DNA of 64,000 nucleotides, from contig OX597823.1 of NCBI GenBank assembly GCA_951406725.2, forward strand, positions 29,698,001-29,762,000. Direction: 5' to 3'. This stretch comes from Octopus vulgaris. Its lineage: Eukaryota. The translations under genes and the position numbers were made by a program. A model generated the notes under the pieces. The model had not been told where the DNA came from, searched no databases, and saw only the letters and a program-made list of their open reading frames with translations. The number at the start of each line of letters is the position of its first letter. Position 1 is the stretch's first letter. This document shows, one piece after another, positions 51,763-64,000 of this stretch.

Positions 51763-52607
51763 GGCACACATACTCATATACAAATATGTATAGATATGCG
51801 CGTATATGAGCGTACGTGTAGATCTATGTGCGTATGAATGTATGTATGTATGATTGTATGTATGAATGTATGTATGCACGTACATATATGCTTGCATGTT
51901 TGTATGTATATATAGATAGGTAGACGCATACAAATTTACATATAATATATACATAGGTATACACACGTGCGCACACACATACATACATACATACATACAT
52001 ACATACATACATACATACATACATACACGACATACATACATACAATACATACATACATACATACATACATACACACACATACATACATATAGCAATAGTT
52101 GGCAAGTGTTGTTGGTTTCGTTTTCTCTTATCAGATAAAAGATAAGAGTAATGGTCATAGGACACCGCTGGGAGGTTATTGGAGACGGTGGAAATGATGG
52201 CTTACAGATGGAGGAAGAGGAGGAGGAGGATATAGGTGAGGGTAGCGCTGGTGTTAGGTAGAACTAGTAGCTTCGGCAACAGCAGTAGTGGTAGTAGTAG
52301 GAGTAGTTGTAGTAGTAGTAGTAGTAGTAGTAGTGAGCGTGGTGGTGGTGGTGGTGGTAGTAGTGTTGGTAGTCGTGGTTGTAGTGGTGGGGTGGTTGTG
52401 GTGTTGTGGTGGCGATAGTAGTAGTAGTGGTAGTAGTAGTAGTAGTAGTAGTGAGGGTGGTGGTTGTAGTAGTAGTAGTGGTGGTTGTGGTGGTTGTGGT
52501 GGCGATAGTAGTAGTGGTGGTGGTACTAGTTATAGTAGTAGTAGTAGTAATGATGGTGGTGATAGTAGTAGTAGTAGTGGTAGTAGTAGTAGTAATGATG
52601 GTGGTGA

Positions 52608-52646
<39 letters not shown>

Positions 52647-53176
52647 TAGTAGTGCTGCAGCTGCTGATGACGGTGGTGGTGGTGGTGACGTTTGTTATGT
52701 GTTTCACCGAAATTCCGTGAAATACAACTAAGATCACAGAAGAGAAAGGACAATTTGCGCTATGTTGTAACTAGATCAATAAAAAAAGTATGGCATGATG
52801 GCCATGGCTAGAATACCGTAGAAAAAAATGTTCTGTTTTGCCAGAGATGATCTGGTGTTAAACAACCCCACTATCACCACCTTCACTGCACCGCCACCAC
52901 CACCACCACCACCGCCACCACCACCACCACTACCACCACCATCACTACCACCAACAGCAATACAAGCAACAACTCTAGGGAGTTGTTATGGTGGGAGCTC
53001 CCCCAGTCGTGTAGTCTAGATGAAGCAGGATTGGTGGAATCGTTAGAGCATCGGAGAAAATGTCTTTCGGTATATTTTCTGCTTCTTCATGCTCCGAGTT
53101 CAAATTACGCCGAGGTCGACTTTGCCATTAGTCTCTCCGGGAATTATAAAGTAATAACCATTTAGTCGAGAGTATT

Positions 53177-53585
53177 GGCGCAGGAGTGGCTGTGTGGTAA
53201 GTAGCTTGTTTACCAACCACATGGTTCCGGGTTCAGTCCCACTGCGTGGCACCTTGGGCAAGTGTCTTCTACTATAGCCCCGGGCCGACCAAAGCCTTGT
53301 GAGTGGATTTGGTAGACGGAAACTGAAAGGAGCCCGTCGTATATATGTATATATATGTATATGTGTGTGTGCATGTATGTTTGTGTTTGTCCCCCTAGCA
53401 TTGCTTGACAACCGATGCTGGTGTGTTTATGTCCCCGTCACTTAGCGGTTCGGCAAAAGTGACCGATAGAATAAGTACTAGGCTTACAAAGAATAAGTCC
53501 CGGGGTCGAGTTGCTCGATTAAAGGCAGTGCTCCAGCATGGCCGCAGTCAAATGACTGAAACAAGTAAAAGAGTAAAAGAGTAAA
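53177..53585 (+). mobile_element. SINE family A, full length, near consensus
   Basis: Family match. Confidence 0.92.
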
Positions 53586-54809
53586 CCCCCTGCTCGCCCA
53601 AATTATTGGCTTCGTGGCTAAATCAGTAAAAGGGCGGTGGATTGGTAGAACCAGTAGAGCAGCAGAGAAAAATGCTTCGCGGTGTTTATTTCGGCTTTTA
53701 CGTTTCGAGTTCAAAGCATGTTTGATAAATTAATCTATAGATCTGATACTGAGATCGATGATATCAACTAAATCTCTCTCCTCAAAACCGCTATCCGAGT
53801 ACCTAAATTTGGAACAAGCAATATTTAATGTAAAAGAAAACGAATTAGATTCTGAAGGAAGTGGCGATGGAAGGGACCATGTTAGCAAGATGGCTTTTAA
53901 ATGCGTGCATAACTTTAGCAGGATACACGGGTGGCCTTTTTAATTCATTGCTTAAATTTCATTTAAGAAGGTGACGCTTGGGTACACGGTAGTGACAAGC
54001 CTCCAGAAATACGAAACGCGTCTGTCGTTCTCGTGAGTCACTGCATCGATGATGTTTGTATTGCTCTGTATTAATGTTTCGAGCGGAGCTTTTCGTCAGA
54101 AACATAGGAAAAGGAAAGATCCAGAGAAGGGAAGGCGGAGGAAAAAAATCGCCAACGGTACACACGCGGTCATATATATTTACCGATGTATATTTAGTGT
54201 GTACATGTGTGTGTGTGTTGTTATTAGAGTGTGGCCATGCTGGAGTATGGATACTGTTTACTCAATCCTATCGGCGGAAGTACTTAACTCTCTAGTAGAC
54301 TTTTGATCGACTGTCTTTGACGAACCGCCAAGGCATATATATCGTGTTTTTAACAGAACCAGACTACGAAGGAATTTAAGGCAGAACGAGTATCCCAAGT
54401 CATTTAAAATAATTTAATTAGGTTAAGATGAATTTGAAGTCTTACAGCCGTTTCTGGGATAACTCAAGCGGTAGGTTAGAGTGTCCGTGCACCAGTATTC
54501 CATCATCCTAGACAGAGAAAATTCACAGTTTACAAGGAATAAAATAGAATAAAGGAGTAAATAAAAGAATACAGAGTAAAGGTGGTTAGAAGAATATAGG
54601 CAGGAGAATAATGTTCACAACTCATCTTATTCTAGAGGGTATGGATGTTGGTCGGTACTTCTATCAAGGTAAGGTCCTTAGTTAAAATCCTAGGTAAATC
54701 CAAGAGCACAAAAATAGAAATAACACCGACATCTCTATTTTAATTGATATATTTACAAAAATTACATAAAAGTATCTTGAAATACTAACGAATAAATTTA
54801 TTCAATAAA

Positions 54810-55553
54810 ATCGCCATTTATTCAATAAAATCGCCACGGCCTCCACGACTTCACAATCTCCGGCAACTCTTCTGGACGGTCTCCTTGTTTAAGTGGGTGA
54901 ATGCCTTCAGTTCATCTTTGGTGTTACAAGGAGTATTATTAGTCTTCCCTCAATTGCGCCCCACACATAATAATCAACGGGGTTGAAGTCTGGGGAGTAA
55001 GGTGGCCAGATGTTAGGGGTGGTGTTGTGACAGAAATTGTCTGGCAGCCATGACTGGGTTCTCCTGTTTGTGTGGCATGGTACAGAGACCTGTTGCCAAA
55101 TATAGGGTCTTCCAGTAGCCACCCTCTTGACCCAGGGTGGCACTATCTCGTCCAGGCATTTGATGAAGGCCTCCGTGTTGAGTCTGAGGCCATGTGGGAA
55201 GATGAATGGAGGCATAACGTCACCATCACTAGTGATCAATCCAAACACCACGATGTTGACTGGATGTTTGATTTTTATCACTCTCGGTACATGTCCTCAG
55301 ATTGCACTTTTCTCAAATTGACACCCAACCACTCTGAAATGTTCGTATTGGAGCTTCCAGCGCAAATACCAAGCAGTACAGCATGTCATTTCCAAATTTC
55401 TAGCTTAGTGTATTGCGTCATGGTGGTGTTTTTCTCACAGATAGTGCCCAACTGCCCCGACTATGCTGTGTAATTGACAAAACAAAAAAAAAACAATGCG
55501 TATGCGTGAAATGAATAATATAAAATTTTAACAATTTACCCATCGCACCCTAT
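54810..55553 (-). mobile_element. Internally deleted Tc1/mariner (maT/DD37D-like) transposon
   Basis: ORF 54907..55281: KHPVNIVVFGLITSDG...WQQ(D>V)S.PCHT...WPPYSPDFNPVDYYVWG; TIR-like TA-TAGGGTGCGATGGGTAAATTG at ~55532-55555. Confidence 0.8.
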
Positions 55554-55574
55554 ATATATATGTGTGTGTGTATG

Positions 55575-55613
<39 letters not shown>

Positions 55614-55621
<8 letters not shown>

Positions 55622-55906
55622 ATATTTCGAAATGGTCATATTGCCAGTTTAGCCAATAAAAACACACGCACTATATATAGAAATACAAAATGGCTGACGG
55701 TTAGTAAGGAGAGACACAAATAAGTGAGAAGAAAACAAAGGACCACTGATGCGGTCACAGGAGTGTGACGAAAGAACTTTGGCCGAAATAAGATTAAGAT
55801 TAATGTAAAAAATAAATATCACTGAAGCAAAATAACACCAAATATATAGTGCGTGTGTTTTTATTGGCTAAACTGGCAATATGACCATTTCGAAATATAA
55901 CAATAT
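55614..55906. mobile_element. Perfect 65-bp inverted repeats enclosing a hammerhead motif (55740-55784, +)
   Basis: Arms 55614-55678/55842-55906; GGACCA-CTGATGC-G-GTCAC-aggagt-GTGAC-GAA-AGAACT-T-TGGCC. Confidence 0.7.
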
Positions 55907-55960
55907 CTGTTTCAACACACGACTTCACATAAAAAATCTTGCACAACAAATATTTAAACG

Positions 55961-56000
<40 letters not shown>

Positions 56001-56235
56001 TGACATACGGATGACAGCTTTGATGTAATGCTCCTTTATTTGCGTACACCCCAAAATTTCATCGACGTGTTTGGTCTAAAATCTGGTGGTGGTGGTGGTG
56101 GTGGTGGTGGTGGTAGGGTTGGGGTGGTGGTTTTAAGCATTAACCATACAAAATAACATAAAAACAAGGAATGATCCTCAGTTTGTATGTGTGTTGCGGG
56201 AGAAGGCAACCAAGCAGGGTAATTAGAGGTACAAC

Positions 56236-56306
<71 letters not shown>

Positions 56307-56494
56307 GAGAGAAAAGAACAACAGCAACAATAATAAGGCAACGATGATCATCATGATGGTGTTGAAGTTGGTGGTGGTAATGGTGGCGATGAATGATGGG
56401 GATGATGATGATGATGATGATGAAACAAAACATATGCGGCGTGGAGAATGTTTCTGAGGATGCTGGAGCGTTAATAATTGAGCCTTGTGTGTGT

Positions 56495-56569
<75 letters not shown>

Positions 56570-56844
56570 TGCGTGTGTGTGGCACTCATATTTGTTAATA
56601 GGTAACAACATATATTTGCACACACACACACACGCACACACACTCACACACACCATACGCGTATATACATCCATGTAAATGAGTGTGTGTGTATGTGTGT
56701 GTGCATTTATGAGTGTGTATGAACTGGTGTACATATGTGTTGTTATTTTAAACACCAGCAAGCTATTTCACGGGTACTTATGCAGAACATCTTTCGGGTA
56801 GATAAAAGGATGCTTTGAGTAGCAAGTACGCCTGTAAACTACAC

Positions 56845-56878
<34 letters not shown>

Positions 56879-57020
56879 TGTATGTATGTATGTATGTATG
56901 TATGTATGTATGTATGTATGTATGTGTATATATACGCACACACACGCATATATATATGCACATACATATATATGTATGTATATATATGTATGTATCTATA
57001 TATATATCCGTATGTCATCC

Positions 57021-57053
<33 letters not shown>

Positions 57054-57225
57054 ATATATATATGGATATATCTATGTAAATATATATATATGTATATGTA
57101 TATATATATATACATATATATATACATTCATATACACATATATATATATATGTATGTATATATATATATATATATACATACACACACACACACACACACA
57201 TTTATATATAACACACACACACACA

Positions 57226-57272
<47 letters not shown>

Positions 57273-57880
57273 GTAACACCACTGAAGCAGAAATTAAATA
57301 ATGGTTGTCTGTGCGGTGGAGATGTAACAGGAGATGGGGGGGGGCTTTTATTTATTTATTTATTTATTTATTTTTCTATTTATTAATTCATTTATTTATT
57401 TATAGAACATGTACGTAAAAAGAGAATCTAAGAATAGGGTTTCGTCAGACTATTTCGTGGTGAGAGGGAAAAAAATCATCTTTCGTGGTCACCCAATGGT
57501 ATTGCTTTATCACACATCATTGTCTTCTTCTTCCTCTGACGTACCCCGCCTTTAGTATGACAGCTACGTATAGCAGTGAACACTCGATGTGTCACTTCTG
57601 GAATATCGTATGTCATAAGCCCAGCTTGTCTACTCTTGACTCACCATCACCATGCTGGTTTGAGGCGTTCGAGTGGCTAAGTTGCTCTCCAGTAATCTGT
57701 GCGGTTTCTTTCCTTTTTGGGGTTTTTTTTTTTTGAAAAATATATAAAATATTGAATGAATAAATTTATAAAAAGTCTGGTTTCGCGTTTGGATAATGTA
57801 GTTCTGTTGTATTTTTTGTGTAAAGGGGGAAAATAAGAAAAAATCGCTTTTTAGTAATAAACTGTCATGGTCGCGGTTGT

Positions 57881-58212
57881 GAAGGCGCATGGGCTCAGTG
57901 GTCATAGAACGTTGAGCTTACGATCGTGAGGTTGTGAGTTCGATTCCCAGACTGAGCTGCGTGTTGTGTTCTTGAGCAAGACACTTTATTTCTCGTTGCT
58001 CCAGTTAACTCAGCTGTAGAAATGAGTTGTGATGTCACTAGAGCCAAGTTGTATCGGCCCCTTTGCCTTTCCCTTGGATAACATCAGTGGTGTGAAGAGG
58101 GGAGGCTGGTATGCATGGACGAATGGTGACCTTCCATAAACAACCTTGCCTGGGCTTGTGCCTCGGGGGTAACTTTCTAGGTGCAACCCCATAGTCATTC
58201 ATGACCGAAGGG
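57881..58212 (+). mobile_element. tRNA-derived SINE family D (single copy here)
   Basis: A box GGCTCAGTGG, B box GAGTTCGATTCC, CORE/V-like GTGTTCTTGAGCAAGACACTTT. Confidence 0.7.
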
Positions 58213-58308
58213 AGTATCCTCTCCTCCGGTCACGGTTGCGTTGTCTGTGATTGTAGGTCTACTGTTTCCAGGGACGAACTGGAGTTGAATAATAATAATA
58301 ATAATAAC

Positions 58309-58423
<115 letters not shown>

Positions 58424-59084
58424 TGATGATGATTAGCAAACGAACAACAAGATCAACAAATATGACAGTCGAGACAAGGGCGGTTCTATGGGGTCATTCG
58501 GCTTTCTAGAGAATGAATACATTGAACAATGTAGTCCAAGGTACACTTAGATCATATTCTTCAACAGAGGCTTGGATTGTCGCGGATGGAACACACATTA
58601 TCGTGTGTGTAAGGTATATGGGTTAACCTAGGATTAAACAGCTGTAGCAACAACAGCACCAACAAAAGCAACATTTTCATGTAGTTGATGCTTTATTGCT
58701 GTCTTCTTCTTCTTCTTCTTCTTCTTCTTCTTCTTCTTCTTCTTCTTCTTCTTCTTCTTCTTCTTCTTCTTCTTCTTCTTCTTCTTCTTCTTCTTCTTCT
58801 TCTTCTTCTTCTTCTTCTTCTTCTTCCAATCAGGACTCACGCCATTAGCCACAAAGAATAATCTCTAATTCGAGCCTACTCTAAGCTGCTAAGAATGCGA
58901 TAGACTGGCGGTTGCACGGGCGCGAAAGCTACGTTGTTATCGTAATTCCGTAAACGGTGGCTTTAATCGGGCGGAGAGCTGAACCATCCTGGGGTAGGTA
59001 CAGAGGATTCGCAATCTAGACTAGGGTCTGAAAGTTTACCACACCATAATGTGTTACACCATGGTTCCTCAGCTTTGTGGCAGA

Positions 59085-59273
59085 AGTAGGAAGAAAGAGT
59101 GAGAGGAAGTTGTGGTGAAAGAGTACAGCGGGGTTCACCCCCACCCCCACCGAGCCACGTGGAGCTTAGGTATTTTTGCTCAATAAACACTCACAATGAC
59201 CGATCTGGGAATCGAAACCGCGTTCTTACAACCGCGAATCCAATGCCCTAACCACCGGGCTATTGCGCCCCAC
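59085..59273 (-). mobile_element. SINE family C, diverged 5' part
   Basis: Reverse complement of the family-C head. Confidence 0.75.
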
Positions 59274-59974
59274 TGTTGCTGTTGTTGTGTTATTGCTGTG
59301 GCTGTTGTTGTTGTTATTGTTGCTGTTATTGCCGTTGTTGTTCTTACCGTCGTCATTGTTATATCATTGTTGTTGTGGATGTTGTTGTTGTTGCTGCTGT
59401 TGATGTTGTTGTTTATGTTGTTGTTGTTGATGATGATGATGATAATGATGATGTTGTTTCGATTAAGTCAACCCTCATTGGTAATTTTACCATCATTTAT
59501 ATCTAAGACTACATTGTCCTATGTAGGTACTGATTCAATTGACACATGGCTGCTATCGCTAGCATATCATCCAACCACATAAAGGCCCACACGTAGGACA
59601 AATCTCGGCGTTGTTTTCACAAACGGTTTCAGGAAGCATATCGTAATTAACCACGAAGGAGCGGGGTTAGCAGTTCGTAAAAACAAGGTGCGAAGCACTG
59701 TCCCCGAAGCGTACTTCCGCTGTTTGGGTGGATTGTAGGATACTATGTAAAGGTCAATGAACCAAATGCTAACGACCTGTCGTTTGTACTGGAGAACCCC
59801 ACGAGATGTAAGTCGATGCAACCAATTAGGCTACACCTATCCCTTCTTGCCTCTCTCTTCGTCGATGAGTGAAGAAGCTATAACACAACTACTTAGCCGC
59901 GTGGCTATGGGGGTGGCTGAGCTTTTCACCCCGGGCGACGATTTTGGCTCAGCTGTGTGAACCTGTTGTCGAAG

Positions 59975-60362
59975 GCCTGCAATTTTGAGGGAGGAGTTAA
60001 GTCGATTACATCAACCACAGTACACAACTGGTACTTATTTTAACGATCCTGAAAGGATGAAACACAAAGTCGACCCCGGTGACATTTGAACTCAGAACGT
60101 AAAGACGGACGAAATACTGCTAAGCATTTTGGCCGACGTTTTAACGATTCTGCCAGCTCGTTGCTTTGCTTCTACTCTACGTTAGCATGTTATGAATGTA
60201 GTGTAAGGCAGCGAGCTGGCAGAAACGCTAGCACGCCGGGCGAAATGCTTAGCGGTATTTCGTCAGTATTTATGTTCTGAGTTCAAATTCCACCGAGGAC
60301 GATCTTGCCTTTCATCCTTTCGAAGTCAATAAATTAAGTACCAGTTGCGTACTAGGGTCGAT
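59975..60362. mobile_element. Head-to-head pair of family-B SINEs (minus ~59975-60165; plus ~60207-60362)
   Basis: Family match on both strands, ~40-bp spacer. Confidence 0.8.
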
Positions 60363-60363
60363 A

Positions 60364-60441
<78 letters not shown>

Positions 60442-60444
<3 letters not shown>

Positions 60445-60606
60445 AGTGGCTGTGTGGTAAGTAGCTTGCTAACCAACCACATGGTTCCGGGTTCAGTCCC
60501 ACTGCGTGGCATCTTGGGCAAGTGTCTTCTGCTATAGCCCCGGGCCGACCAATGCCTTGTGAGTGGATTTGGTAGACGGAAACTGAAAGAAGCCTGTCGT
60601 ATATAT

Positions 60607-60646
<40 letters not shown>

Positions 60647-60852
60647 GTCTGTGTTTGTCCCCCTAGTATTGCTTGACAACCGATGCTGGTGTGTTTACGT
60701 CCCCGTCACTTAGTGGTTCGGCAAAAGAGACCGATAGAATAAGTACTGGGCTTACAAAGAATAAGTCCCGGGGTCGATTTGCTCGACTAAAGGCGGTGCT
60801 CCAGCATGGCCACAGTCAAAAATGACTGAAACAAGTAAAAGAGTAAAAGAGT
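60442..60852 (+). mobile_element. SINE family A
   Basis: Family match. Confidence 0.9.
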
Positions 60853-60995
60853 ATATATATAACCAAGAAAGAGAGAACAAATTTCGAAGGTCAGTGTTCA
60901 TATTCACTCAATATATTTCAAAGTGTCGGAATACTCCACACCATCCATAGGTGCAATCATATACACAAGACAAAATATAAAAATTTATAAATATA

Positions 60996-61352
60996 CAGGG
61001 TAATTCAAAAGTCGCCATCCATAGGAACAATTTATCTTTTTATAAGAAACAGTTTATAAGAACAGTTTTTTTATTTAACAGGCTCTATATGGTTACCCTT
61101 GTTTTGATTAGACATTGCAATACGTTTACCCCACTCATTGTGGACTCGTAATAGCACATCTGGTGATACGTATGCAAATGAGTTGGTGATGCGTTCCTTC
61201 AAATGATTTATGTCTTTTATCTTTCTGCGATACACCATGCCTTTCAAATGTCCCCAAAGATAGAAACCAAGAGGGGTCAGATCAGGGGGATCTAGGGAAT
61301 TTTTTAAAAAATAATAATTTTTCCTATGTATGGAGACTTTTGAATCACCCTG
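60996..61352 (-). mobile_element. 357-bp non-autonomous Tc1-like element with TIRs and TA TSD
   Basis: TA-CAGGGT(A/G)ATTCAAAAGTC..CAT.CATAGG at both ends; internal PDLTPLGFYLWGHLKGMVY...GNHIE transposase C-terminus. Confidence 0.88.
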
Positions 61353-61515
61353 TATAAAGATATTAAAAAAACCATAAATGTACTCACGAGGTTGTGTGTT
61401 CCCTATTAAAATCAATGAGGATATTAAAATATTGTGGTTGGTGAATGTAAAGCAGTGATCCAAATAGATGAGAAAGCTGGAATTAACTCGTCCATACCAA
61501 CCTATATCTTCTCGA

Positions 61516-61900
61516 GGAAGGCGCAATAGCCCAGTGGTTAGGGCAGCGGACTCGCGGTCATAGGATCGCGGTTTCGATTCCCAGACCGGGCGTTGTGAGA
61601 GTTTATTGAGCGAAAACACCTAAAAGCTCCACGAGGCTCCGGCAGGGTGTGGTGATCCCTGCTGTACTCTTTCACCACAACTTTCTCTCACTCTTACTTC
61701 CTGTTTCTGTTGTACCTGTATTTCAAAGGGCCGGCCTTGTCACTCTCTGTGTCATGCTGAATATCCCCGAGAACTACGTTAAGGGTACACGTGTCTGTGG
61801 AGTGCTCAGCCACTTACACGTTAATTTCACGAGCAGGCTGTTCCGTTGATTCAGATCAACCGAACCCTCGTCGTCGTAACCGACGGAGTGCTTCCATCCC
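61516..61900 (+). mobile_element. SINE family C, full length with 12-bp TSD
   Basis: ATATCTTCTCGA at 61504-61515 and 61901-61912. Confidence 0.92.
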
Positions 61901-62319
61901 ATATCTTCTCGAAATGGCAGTCAGACTTTGCACCTGCTCAAGATTCCTATTAAAATCATTTTATACCAACATTCGTATCTATTTGCATTACAGCTATATA
62001 ATCATTATTCGCATATTTTAATATCCTCATGGATATTACTACGGAGATACAACCTCACAAGTACATTTATGTATTTATATATACTCTTTTACTCTTTTAC
62101 TTGTTTCAGTCATTTGACTGCGGCCATGCTGGAGCACCGCCTTTAGTCGAGCAAATCGACCCCAGCGCTTATTCTTTGTAAGCCTAGTACTTATTATATC
62201 GATCTCTCAGGCCGAACAGCTAATTTACGGTGACGTAAACACACCGGCATCCGTTGTCAAGCGATGTTGGGGGAGGGGGGCAAACACGGACACAGAAACA
62301 TATACACACGGCGACTACA

Positions 62320-62472
62320 CATTCTTTATTTTCTCTGCTTATTTCATTCTGTGTTCCTTTCTGTGGAAGAGCACAGGCTCGAAATGTTAAAGACTTCCTG
62401 AGCGTTATACTAATACATCTGTTTGTTGTCTACACCACCTGTCTTCGTCTTTTGATTTTTTTTGTAAATTCT

Positions 62473-62476
<4 letters not shown>
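62320..62476 (+). mobile_element. Penelope-like terminal repeat with decayed CUGU-type HHR (62357-62392)
   Basis: CTTT-CTGTGGA-A-GAGC-acag-GCTC-GAAATGTT-AAAG. Confidence 0.6.
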
Positions 62477-62517
<41 letters not shown>

Positions 62518-62524
62518 TATATAT

Positions 62525-62804
62525 AATACAGTTTACATTTAAACACATAAGGAATACCCTCGTGGGATTCAACGCGCTAGAAAGAACAGCTAGGTTCTAT
62601 AACCACAAAATTAGGGATAAAATCCCGACAGAAACGAAATGAAAAAATAAAAACATTTACCATCTAGACGGTAAAAGTTTTTATTTTTTCATTTCGTTTC
62701 TGTCGGGATTTTATTCCTAATTTTGTGGTTATAGAACCTAGCTGTTCTTTCTAGCGTGTTGAATCCCACGAGTGGATTCTTTGTGTTTAAATGTACACTG
62801 TATT
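62525..62804. repeat. Near-perfect spacerless palindrome (~140-bp arms centred on TCTAGA)
   Basis: Arms are reverse complements with a handful of mismatches and small indels. Confidence 0.9.
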
Positions 62805-63869
62805 TTATGAGTAATACATAGTCTTTGGACTAAATATACGACAACCAATGTTGGCGTGTTTATGTCTCTGCAACTTAGCGGTTCGCCTCAAAGAGATCGA
62901 TAGAATGAGTAATAGGCTAACAAAGACTGAGTTCTGGCATCGAATTGCTCGACTAAAACCCCGTAAGGTGGTGTTCCAACATTGCCGCAACCAAATGGCT
63001 GAAACAAATAGAAGAATAAAAGAATAAAAGAATATATACACACACACACACACACACACATGTATGTATGGGTACAGGACGTCACCAACAGTAAACAACA
63101 TGAAATACGAAAACAAATGAGTTCAATACGCAAACAACGAGAGAAGCAAATGGAAACCGAGACAAATAATGTAAAGAACGACCCTTCGTCAGTTGTCGGA
63201 TATACATAAATAAACACACATACATACGAACGTTCGCACATACATATATACATGCGTACATACATAGATACACACATACGCGCGTGTTTGCATATGCAGA
63301 CCTTTTTCTCTATATTGGTCATATTATATTTGATGTACTCACCATGTAATTACTTCAGCTTGTCATGTGTTTATGTATGTGTGACTATTCGTGTATGTGT
63401 CTGTGCGCGCGCGCGCGTGCAATTATTTCAGTTATGGTAAATTCCAGCTGTTTCCGTTTTGAAGCACATCTGTTTATTCCAATATTACAATTAATATGTA
63501 TCCATATCTAGAGCTCTGTGTGAGTCAAAAAACATACCGAAATTGAGAGTTACGGGAAAAAACTATTTGCAATAGGAAAATAGAATTACCATTTATTCTC
63601 CATGACATGCGTTTCCTTCTTTACATGTCTATATAATATGTAAATCTTTGTGAGTCCTATTAGCAAATGGAACACGTGTAATGGTGACTAAATAGCACCA
63701 AACAGATTCCCATTTTCCTACTTTATTATGTGTGTGTAAGTGCCTGTGTATGTGTATGTACGTGGATGTGTGTATGCATACATAACATGCATACAAACAT
63801 ACATACCTACCTACCTACATGCATACATACATACATACATACATACATACATACATACATACACACACG

Positions 63870-63902
<33 letters not shown>

Positions 63903-64000
63903 GTGTGTGCGTGTGTGTGTGGTAAGAAACTTGCTTCCCAACCACATAGTTCTGGGTTCAGTCCCACTGCGTGGTACCTTCGTAAAGTGTCTTCTGCTAT

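Overview
AT-rich, microsatellite-saturated eukaryotic DNA. The SINE/LINE repertoire and repeat density suggest an octopus-like cephalopod genome; this is an inference from repeat style, not a database match. I found no host protein-coding gene I can support, and almost all ORFs in the track are read-throughs of simple repeats. The window is a retroelement graveyard. It holds four tRNA-headed SINE families (here A-D), several CR1-like LINEs (two with uninterrupted 5'-truncated RT ORFs), and R4/Dong-type and other RLE-endonuclease LINE remnants. It also holds RTE-like 3' ends with C2H2 fingers, Tc1/mariner, Merlin and Helitron-like remnants, and a MITE carrying (CCCTAA)n. Many Penelope-like terminal repeats carry hammerhead ribozyme (HHR) motifs, often in inverted or palindromic arrangements. 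The most striking observation is a repeat family at 2.6 kb and in a ~700-bp tandem duplication at 18.7-20.1 kb. All hammerhead core elements are present and correctly registered by covarying helices, but in a non-circularly permuted order. A second HHR has the C3-G8 pair naturally swapped to G3-C8 inside a perfect 283-bp palindrome. Coordinates of degenerate repeats are approximate, and all RNA structures were folded by eye.
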